From assembly GCA_965204375.1 (NCBI GenBank), contig OZ241986.1, positions 5,856,001-5,920,000 on the forward strand: DNA of 64,000 bases, given 5' to 3'. The stretch is from Candidatus Latescibacterota bacterium. GTDB taxonomy: Bacteria > Latescibacterota > UBA2968. The notes under the pieces are model-generated. The model worked only from the letters and a program-made list of their open reading frames with translations, was not told the origin of the DNA and ran no database searches. Below, one piece after another: positions 57,206 through 64,000 of the stretch. Numbering within the stretch: position 1 is the first letter of the stretch; each line of letters begins with the position of its first letter. Made by a program: the position numbers and the translations under genes.

Positions 57206-58375
57206 CTAAAACTTGAATGTTTTGCGTTCGGTTTGTGTAAGGGTTTGTTCGATGAGGGGGGCGAGGTCGAGCGTGGATTCGATTTCGAGGACTTTTTCCA
57301 AATTGGCGCGCGTTTCCGGGTGTTTGGGTACAAAGACAGAGCAACAATCTTCGTAGGGTTCGATGGAGATTTGATATGTGTCAATGCGTCGCGCTTCATT
57401 GATGATTTCTTCTTTGTTGTCACCGGCCAGGGGACGCAAGATGGGCAGTGGGGTCACTTCTTCGATAGCGCGCATGTTCGATAGGGTTTGCGAGGCGACC
57501 TGTCCGACGTTTTCGCCTGTGACGAGTGCCTGGGCATTTACTTTTTCGGCAATGGTTTCTGCAATGCGCAGCATGGCGCGGCGGTAGAGAATGACGCGGT
57601 AGCTCGCAGGTGCTCGCGTCATGATGTGGCGTTGAATTTCGACAAATGGTACCAGGTAGAGGTCCGACACGTATTGATGCCGGGTGAGGAGTCTCACGAG
57701 GTCTTCGGTGTTACGCTGGGAGTTGCGATTGGTATAGGGCTGGCTGTGAAAGTGTACATAGGTCAGTTTGACACCGCGTTTCATAATTTTGTAAGAAGCC
57801 ACGGGTGAGTCAATGCCCGAAGAGATGAGGCTTACTGCGCTTTCATTGGACCCGACGGGCAAACCCCCTGGTGCCGGAATTTTTTCGGCGTAGATAAATA
57901 TGCGTTGTGGGGCAATTTCAATAAAACAGGTGAGGTCAGGGTTGTCCATCAGGACGCGGGCACCCGACAGAGTTTGAATATGCTTGCCCACGTCCCGGTT
58001 GATTTGGTCCGAATTGAGCGGAAAGGTTTTGTCGCCGCGTCTGGTGACAATTTTGAAGGATTCGAAATCGGTTTTTTGTGCAAGTGTCCAGGTCGTTTCT
58101 CGAATGGCTTCGATATTGCGTTTGGCGATAACTGCTTCGGAAAAGTTGGCGATGCCAAAGACTGTCAGGAGTCGTTCGCGGATAACATCTATGGGTGATT
58201 CTGAGGTGAGTGAGAGCATCATGCGACCCGATAGACGCTCGACCTTTCCACAGGGTACGCCTTTGAGTGCGCGGTTGATGTTGGTCATCAGATGCCGTTC
58301 AAATTTGCCCCGATTTTTGCCTTTGAGGCCAATTTCGTGATAGTGTATGAGTATGAAGCGGTCGTTGGTCGTCAT
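57206..58375 (-). CDS. thiI: tRNA 4-thiouridine synthase ThiI (THUMP + PP-loop, no rhodanese domain)
   Basis: EIGLKGKNR, GGLPVG, SSGIDSPVA, TGENVGQVASQT, RPL, EDCC. Confidence 0.93.
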   Translation of the reverse strand: MTTNDRFILIHYHEIGLKGKNRGKFERHLMTNINRALKGVPCGKVERLSGRMMLSLTSESPIDVIRERLLTVFGIANFSEAVIAKRNIEAIRETTWTLAQKTDFESFKIVTRRGDKTFPLNSDQINRDVGKHIQTLSGARVLMDNPDLTCFIEIAPQRIFIYAEKIPAPGGLPVGSNESAVSLISSGIDSPVASYKIMKRGVKLTYVHFHSQPYTNRNSQRNTEDLVRLLTRHQYVSDLYLVPFVEIQRHIMTRAPASYRVILYRRAMLRIAETIAEKVNAQALVTGENVGQVASQTLSNMRAIEEVTPLPILRPLAGDNKEEIINEARRIDTYQISIEPYEDCCSVFVPKHPETRANLEKVLEIESTLDLAPLIEQTLTQTERKTFKF

Positions 58376-58383
58376 GAGATGGG

Positions 58384-59949
58384 TCAGGATTTAAGGGATA
58401 AATCGCGCTGGAGAATAACGAGGGTTATATCGTCGGTGCGCTGCGCTTTGCCAATAAAGGATTTGACATCGGCGACGAGGTCGGCAATCAGGTCTGTGGG
58501 TGTCCGATCTATGGATGCGCGTTCGAGGCAACGTATAAATCGGTCGTCGTCAAAGAAGTTGCGTTTGGCATTTTGGGCTTCGACGACACCATCGGAGTAG
58601 AGCACGAGGCGATCACCGGGCGCGAGTGTTAAATGCTCAACTCGATAGGGAGTTTGGGGGCGTACGAGTGCCGGAATGCCAAGGGGATATCCCACGAGAT
58701 CGATAAATTGAGATCGGTTGGATAGATGGATCGGTGGACAGTGTCCTGCGCTTGCAAGCGTGACTTCGCCTGTGGGTACGTCGAGCACAGCGATGCAGCA
58801 TGTGATAAATGTGGCCTGGTCAATCTGACCTTCCAGTGAGTCATTAAGACCGTCGAGAATATCGGCTGGTGCAACGCGATTTTGGCATTCATAGCGGAGC
58901 ATTTCATTGAAACGCACGGCGGTCACGGCTGCTTCCATGGCTTTGCCAGAGACATCGGCAACGACTATGCCGAGTTTTGTTTTGTCTTCATCCAACCAGC
59001 GGTACGCATAGTAATCCCCTCCCACGCTGTTGGCGGGAATACACGTTCCGTCGAGTGCAAAACCCGGCAGGTCGGGGCTGGATTGCGGCAACAGACCCAT
59101 TTGCATGTCGTGTGCTGTTTGCAATTCATCGCGCATTTCCGAAAATTGTTGTTTGTAGCTCTCCCACTGTCGCGCTTCTTCGCAAAGGGTCTGGTTGTAG
59201 GCCGATGCAAAAATCCCGAGTGCGAGGGGTTGAAAGAGGGCGAAGACACAGAACTGGACGAAGGCATTGTCGATGATATTCCTGGTGAGTGCAACTGAGC
59301 CTATGAGGATTCCGAGCGCGGTGAGTATAAGCGCGCAGTGGCGAAAGAAGCCGTAGCGTTCAACGGCTTTCCGACTTTCGACATAGGCTTCATCAATGTG
59401 TACACCCCGGTCTGCTGCCAGAAGATAGATGTAGAAGCATTTGACAACAAAAATGATGCCGGGTAAAAATAAGAGACAAGCTGCCAGAATGACGGCCCAA
59501 AAGATATTTTTTTCTTCTAATAACTTCCCAATGTGTTCTGATCCAACGGGGATAACCCAGGGCGTTCCTTGGGCAACGGCCTGTTTGAATGCATTGAGCA
59601 GAAATGCAAAGAAATCGCTGCTCATGAACACCAGTACCGAAATGATGACTAAGCCGAGAATAAAAAATAAAAAGATAAAAATGTTCATCGAAAAAAAACG
59701 GACGAAACGAATGATTTGCCCAAATAGATCTCGCATACGGGGTTTTTCCCCTTGCTGTGCGCGCAAGATCATGATGGCAAAGCCAGCATATAAGCTGCCC
59801 AGGAGCAAAGTGCCCGATATCACACTCAGGAGTATTGCCAAAAATGAAGCGAGAAACAAAATAGGCAGGTGACTCGCCCAGGAGGATATGCTGTCGTTGA
59901 GACAGCGGAAGTATTGGAGATTTGCCCGAACGGGGATATCGAGAGCCAT
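58384..59949 (-). CDS. Membrane-bound PP2C/SpoIIE (RsbU-like) phosphatase
   Basis: N-terminal TM domain; ELQTAHDMQ..LLP, VGGDYY, ADVSGK, SAGH, YSDGVVEA, DDIT. Confidence 0.9.
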   Translation of the reverse strand: MALDIPVRANLQYFRCLNDSISSWASHLPILFLASFLAILLSVISGTLLLGSLYAGFAIMILRAQQGEKPRMRDLFGQIIRFVRFFSMNIFIFLFFILGLVIISVLVFMSSDFFAFLLNAFKQAVAQGTPWVIPVGSEHIGKLLEEKNIFWAVILAACLLFLPGIIFVVKCFYIYLLAADRGVHIDEAYVESRKAVERYGFFRHCALILTALGILIGSVALTRNIIDNAFVQFCVFALFQPLALGIFASAYNQTLCEEARQWESYKQQFSEMRDELQTAHDMQMGLLPQSSPDLPGFALDGTCIPANSVGGDYYAYRWLDEDKTKLGIVVADVSGKAMEAAVTAVRFNEMLRYECQNRVAPADILDGLNDSLEGQIDQATFITCCIAVLDVPTGEVTLASAGHCPPIHLSNRSQFIDLVGYPLGIPALVRPQTPYRVEHLTLAPGDRLVLYSDGVVEAQNAKRNFFDDDRFIRCLERASIDRTPTDLIADLVADVKSFIGKAQRTDDITLVILQRDLSLKS

Positions 59950-59954
59950 AATAA

Positions 59955-61364
59955 TCAGGGTTTTTCTTTGTTGAGTTTGTATTTGCGGTACAGGTGGCGA
60001 AATTGGTCGTAGCTGAGTTTGAGTTGTTTGGCGGCTTCGCGCTGGTTCCAGGAGACTTTATTGAGAATGCGCCGCAATAGACTCAGTTCAAAGGATTGCA
60101 CTTGTGATTCAAAGCCGTCGCTCAATTCGGGTGATTGGGATGCTTGTTGAGTAACTTCGGGGGGCAGATCGTCGGGTTCAATCTCTGTTCCATGGGCGAC
60201 ACAGGCCGCGCGTTCGGCCGCAAATTTGAGTTCGCGCACATTGCCAGGCCAGCGATATGTCATCAGGCGTTCTGTTGCCGCGTCGGAAAAATCGCGTTTT
60301 TGCAGGCCTGGTACTTCTTCGACGATTTGTGCGACAAAATAATTGGCTAATGCGGGAATGTCTTCTCGACGTTCGCGCAACGGGGGCATGTGCAAGACTT
60401 CAAAGCGCAATCTGTCGTAGAGGTCCTGGCGGAATCGGCCTTCGGCAATTTCCGTTTCGAGGTCGGTATTCGTGGCGGCAATAACGCGCACGTCGATAAA
60501 GATGGGGGTCGCGCTGCCCACGCGCTGGATTTCGCTGTATTCTATGGCGCGCAATACGTTTTGCTGAAATTCGGGGGTGGTATTGCCAATTTCATCGAGA
60601 AATAGGGTGCCGCCACTCGCGGCTTCAAATTTGCCCGTGCGGGCTTCTGTTGCGCCCGTATAAGCCCCTTTTTCGTGTCCAAAGAGTTCGCTTTCGAGCA
60701 ATTGGTCGGCAATGGCGGCGCAGTTGACTTTGACAAAGGGGCGGTCTTTGCGGTCACTGCCATAGTGGATGGCAGCGGCGACGAGTTCTTTGCCCGTTCC
60801 GGGTTCGCCTGTGATGAGCGCGGGCCGGGGGATGGGGGCTACGGTCTGCGCTCGCTGGAGGATTTGCTGGAGTTTGGGACTGGAGCCGATGATTTGATAA
60901 CGCTTGCCAAATTCGTCTCGGTAGAATTGGTTTTCGCGCCCCAGGTCCTGAACTTCGGCCCGCAGTTGGGCGTTTTCCCTGAGTGCTTGATACACGCGGT
61001 CGAGTTTTTCAAGGCTGAGTTCGATTTTGTCTTCGATATAAAAGTCTTTTTCAATAAAGTCTGTCGCGCCCAATCGCAATGCGGCTACGGCAGTATCTAT
61101 TGTGCCCTGTCCGGTGAGCATGATGACGGGCAGATCGGGAACCGATTCGAGCATTTGTGGTAAAATTTCGAGGCCATCGGGTTCATCGGGTCCGTAATCG
61201 AGGTCGAGAATGGCCAGTCCAATCTGATTGGGATGCTGTTGCAGATATGATAGTGCTTCGCGTCCGGTAGAGAAGGCATGGATTTTGCGCGTGTCGTCTC
61301 GCAGGCTTTGAATCAGCATGTCGAGGACTTCTATCTGGTCGTCAGCAACGATAATTTCAGTCAT
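59955..61364 (-). CDS. Sigma-54-dependent response regulator (REC-AAA+-HTH) with PspF-like C-terminus
   Basis: ADD..LDL..TGQG..EK receiver; GEPGTGKE, ESELFGHEKGAYTGA, LFLDEIG, WPGNVREL; NQREAA..L.LSYDQFR. Confidence 0.92.
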   Translation of the reverse strand: MTEIIVADDQIEVLDMLIQSLRDDTRKIHAFSTGREALSYLQQHPNQIGLAILDLDYGPDEPDGLEILPQMLESVPDLPVIMLTGQGTIDTAVAALRLGATDFIEKDFYIEDKIELSLEKLDRVYQALRENAQLRAEVQDLGRENQFYRDEFGKRYQIIGSSPKLQQILQRAQTVAPIPRPALITGEPGTGKELVAAAIHYGSDRKDRPFVKVNCAAIADQLLESELFGHEKGAYTGATEARTGKFEAASGGTLFLDEIGNTTPEFQQNVLRAIEYSEIQRVGSATPIFIDVRVIAATNTDLETEIAEGRFRQDLYDRLRFEVLHMPPLRERREDIPALANYFVAQIVEEVPGLQKRDFSDAATERLMTYRWPGNVRELKFAAERAACVAHGTEIEPDDLPPEVTQQASQSPELSDGFESQVQSFELSLLRRILNKVSWNQREAAKQLKLSYDQFRHLYRKYKLNKEKP

Positions 61365-61376
61365 GGGACGAGGGGC

Positions 61377-62630
61377 TTATTGAATAAATTCTTCAGCTAT
61401 TGGATCGCGCGAGGTGTCGGGTACGCTGTGTTGCAGGCCAATGCTGTCGTGTTGTGTTGAGACTTCAAAATCGACGGGCAGGTCAATGCGAAAAACCGCG
61501 CCTGCGCCCGGGCGGCTGATTACGCGCAACGTGCCGCGGTGTGCTGCTGCAATGCGAGAGCATATACTCAGCCCATAGCCATTGCCCCGTTCCCGCGTTG
61601 AAAATCCGGGGTCAAATATGCGGGTTTGCAAGTTTTCGGGAATGCCGGGACCATTGTCTTCCACTTCAATATATACCGAACTGCGCTCTGTATCGGCGCC
61701 GACCTGTACTCTCACCACGCCATTATTTTCAACGGCTTCGATGGCGTTGAGGGTCAGGTTTGTGACGGCTTCAGATAACATGCCAGCATCTGCTTTTACC
61801 TGAGGTACACGAGGTTCGGCGGCAAAGATGAGTTCTTTGTCCCCTGCTCGTGCAGAGAGTTTGTGGGTCATTTTTTCAATGAGTTGGGGCACATCGACCA
61901 GCGCGGGGTTCAGGGTGTCTTGTTTCATAGATCGCAAGTAGGCAACCCATTGGCTGTAGATGTGTTCTTGTTCGTGTGCGATGTCTTTCAGATCATCCAG
62001 GCAGTCGGTATTTGGCGGTAAATTGCGTATGGCGCGACGCATTCGGCTGCCGGAGAGCCCCATCAGGTTTTTGATGCGATGGCCGTGCGTGTAGAGGCTT
62101 TCATAGACCTGTGCGCGCCCAAGGTCTATGAGTTCGAGAGATAGGCGGGCGAGAATGCTCGATGCTCTGACGCCAAATTCTTCGGTGATGCTTGCGTATT
62201 CGCGTTCCATTTGTGCCGGGCTCATGTGCTGAAAGAGCAATCGGGCGAGGTTGCGATAAGGTAGCATGTAATCGGGTTCGAGGTGTATGGCGATTTTAAA
62301 CTCGCCAAGAGCCGATAGGATTTGCCCATTTTGCATGAGCAAAACGCCCAGGTTGTTATGCCCGGGCGCAAAGAGGGGATCGGCTTCTAAACCCCGGCGG
62401 TAAACGGCTATGGCTCGAGATGCGTTTTCCGGGAAGTCATCGAGCAAGCTGCCCAACAAAAAACAGACACGGTCCATTTCTTCGCCCTGGTCATCGACAG
62501 ACAAAATGTATTCGAGGTGTTCAACCGCTTTTTTGTAGTCGCCCGAGCCTGGTGCTGCCCCGCGTGCGTGTTGCAGCGCCATTTGGAAACGGGATTCTAT
62601 GTCTGTGGCTATGTTCAGGGTGTTGGTCAT
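61377..62630 (-). CDS. Cytoplasmic TPR-containing sensor histidine kinase
   Basis: TPR repeats (HNNLG, YRNLA); HRIKN H-box, NLTLNAIEA, DNGPGI, FDPGFST, GYGL; no TM. Confidence 0.88.
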   Translation of the reverse strand: MTNTLNIATDIESRFQMALQHARGAAPGSGDYKKAVEHLEYILSVDDQGEEMDRVCFLLGSLLDDFPENASRAIAVYRRGLEADPLFAPGHNNLGVLLMQNGQILSALGEFKIAIHLEPDYMLPYRNLARLLFQHMSPAQMEREYASITEEFGVRASSILARLSLELIDLGRAQVYESLYTHGHRIKNLMGLSGSRMRRAIRNLPPNTDCLDDLKDIAHEQEHIYSQWVAYLRSMKQDTLNPALVDVPQLIEKMTHKLSARAGDKELIFAAEPRVPQVKADAGMLSEAVTNLTLNAIEAVENNGVVRVQVGADTERSSVYIEVEDNGPGIPENLQTRIFDPGFSTRERGNGYGLSICSRIAAAHRGTLRVISRPGAGAVFRIDLPVDFEVSTQHDSIGLQHSVPDTSRDPIAEEFIQ

Positions 62631-62645
62631 GGTTGTATGAATCTG

Positions 62646-62720
62646 CGGAACGGGGTTCGTCTATGAACGGGGCTGGGAAACGCCCCGTTGTACCCCGCTC
62701 CGTCTATTCGTCTATTCGTC
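62646..62720. repeat. Repeat family R2 overlapping the flotillin stop codon
   Basis: CGGGGTTCGTCTATGAAC-hairpin-GTTGTACCCCGCTCCGTCTATTCGTCTATTCG, matching 40874-40956. Confidence 0.85.
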
Positions 62721-64000
62721 TTCTGTGGTATCGGGTTTGCCGTTTTCTCCAGATGCTTGTTCGCCGTTCATTTTGCCCAGAAATTCGGGCAATTCAAGCC
62801 CGGCGAGACGCGCCAGATCGTGCATGGGCGGTATGGCACCCATGAGGCGTTGTCCCAGGTTGGACATGCCACTCTCGCCATTGCCGCTGTCCCAGACCAT
62901 CACTTTGTCGATGGGCAAGTTGCTAATGGCTTCGGCCTGGATGTTGGCGACTTCGGTGAGACGTTCGATGATTAGAAAGGCCGCTGCTGCCTGGTCGTTG
63001 CTGCCACAGGCTTCAACGAGTTGTCTGTATCCTTCGGCTTTGGCATTGAGAATGGCCTGAGTCCCTTCGGCTTCGGCCTGTTTTTCTGCGAGAATGGCAG
63101 CGGCTTCACCTTCGGCAATAAGTCGTCGCTGTTCTTTTTCGGCTTCTGCTTGAACGACCTGGCGTTCTTTTTCGGCTTCTGCCTGAACGACGATTTCTGC
63201 GCGTAAACGCGCTTCTTCGCGCAGTGCTCGGGCTTCTTCGGCTGCTTTTTCCGCGGTTTCCTGGGCGACGCGAATAGCGCCGTCAGTGGCTTTGGTCGCT
63301 TCTTCTGCTTGCCGGCGCGCTTCTTCTTCTGCCACGCGTTGTCCCGCGCGATAGCCGGCTGTTTTTGCTTCTGCTTCTGTTTCTGCCTGTACGGCTTCTG
63401 CTTCGAGAGCTGCGACATTTTGGCGTTTGTCTCGCCCGGCTTCTGCTTCGCCGATTTCTGCTTCTGATTCGAGTGCTGCGACCTGTCGTCGCCTGTCTCT
63501 CGCAGCTTCAGATTCACCAATTTCTGCTTCTGATTCGAGTGCTGCGACCTGTCGGCGTCTGTTTCGCGCTGCTTCTGCTTCGCCAACTTCAGCTTCTGAT
63601 TCGGCAGCGGCGACGTCCCGACGCCGATCGCGTGCGCGTTCGGCCACACCAACCTGCCCGTGTCGTTCTTGTTCGGCTACGTCGATAGATGCTTGATTCA
63701 CGGCTTCAGCCGCTGCTTTTTGGCCGATGGCTTTGATGTAGCCGCTTTCGTCATCGAGGTCTTTGATGTTGACGTTGATGACGGAGAGACCAATTTTTTC
63801 CATTTCAGTGGAGACGGCGTCATTTACTTTGGTCATGAATGCCTGTCGGTCCTGGTTGATTTCTTCAATTTGCATGGTTGCAATGACTGCGCGCATCTGA
63901 CCGAGGATGATGTCTTGTGCCTGGCTTTGAACTTGTTCGCGGGAAAGGCCCAGGAGGCGGATGGCCGCGTTTTGCATGATGCCGGGTTGATTGGAGACGG
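62712..64000 (-). CDS. Flotillin / SPFH-domain protein, 5' end beyond window
   Basis: MQNAAIRLLG, GQMRAVIATM.IEEIN.DR..F, NVNIKDLDDESGYI, AEA-rich coiled coil, IDKV.VWD. Confidence 0.9.
   Translation of the reverse strand, partial: VSNQPGIMQNAAIRLLGLSREQVQSQAQDIILGQMRAVIATMQIEEINQDRQAFMTKVNDAVSTEMEKIGLSVINVNIKDLDDESGYIKAIGQKAAAEAVNQASIDVAEQERHGQVGVAERARDRRRDVAAAESEAEVGEAEAARNRRRQVAALESEAEIGESEAARDRRRQVAALESEAEIGEAEAGRDKRQNVAALEAEAVQAETEAEAKTAGYRAGQRVAEEEARRQAEEATKATDGAIRVAQETAEKAAEEARALREEARLRAEIVVQAEAEKERQVVQAEAEKEQRRLIAEGEAAAILAEKQAEAEGTQAILNAKAEGYRQLVEACGSNDQAAAAFLIIERLTEVANIQAEAISNLPIDKVMVWDSGNGESGMSNLGQRLMGAIPPMHDLARLAGLELPEFLGKMNGEQASGENGKPDTTEDE

Noticed and set aside
62972-63652. 226-aa Lys/Gln-rich ORF overlapping flotillin
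   Set aside because: Alternative-frame product of GCA/GAA-rich coiled-coil codons

Overview
Bacterial chromosomal window with no rRNA, tRNA or CRISPR array visible. Gene content (GWxTD/TPR proteins, 'DFDGNG..DF.DFLLF...FG' EF-hand/dockerin-like tags, DUF6785-type membrane protein, three PhyH dioxygenases, sulfatase) suggests, by inference, a Latescibacterota/Gemmatimonadota-like marine or sponge-associated lineage. The backbone is catabolic enzymes and transporters plus a class A PBP, an orphan murG, ino1 with a divergent LysR, thiI, and a flotillin - TPR histidine kinase - sigma-54 regulator (PspF-like C-terminus) - membrane PP2C operon. Small accessory modules are interleaved: two divergent ABC-type ATPase + PD-(D/E)xK-like gene pairs, three PIN toxin-antitoxin pairs, an AT-rich insert with a leishmanolysin-like peptidase, an IS1380 that splits an RDD gene (TTAA duplication), an FGE/C-lectin-fold remnant with a DGR variable-region-like codon pattern, and several internally deleted genes. 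Many module borders carry structured intergenic repeats (two families, one with compensatory base changes) or short duplications of a neighbouring gene's 3' end, which hints at a cassette-like insertion process. All product calls come from motif recognition by eye; no searches were run.
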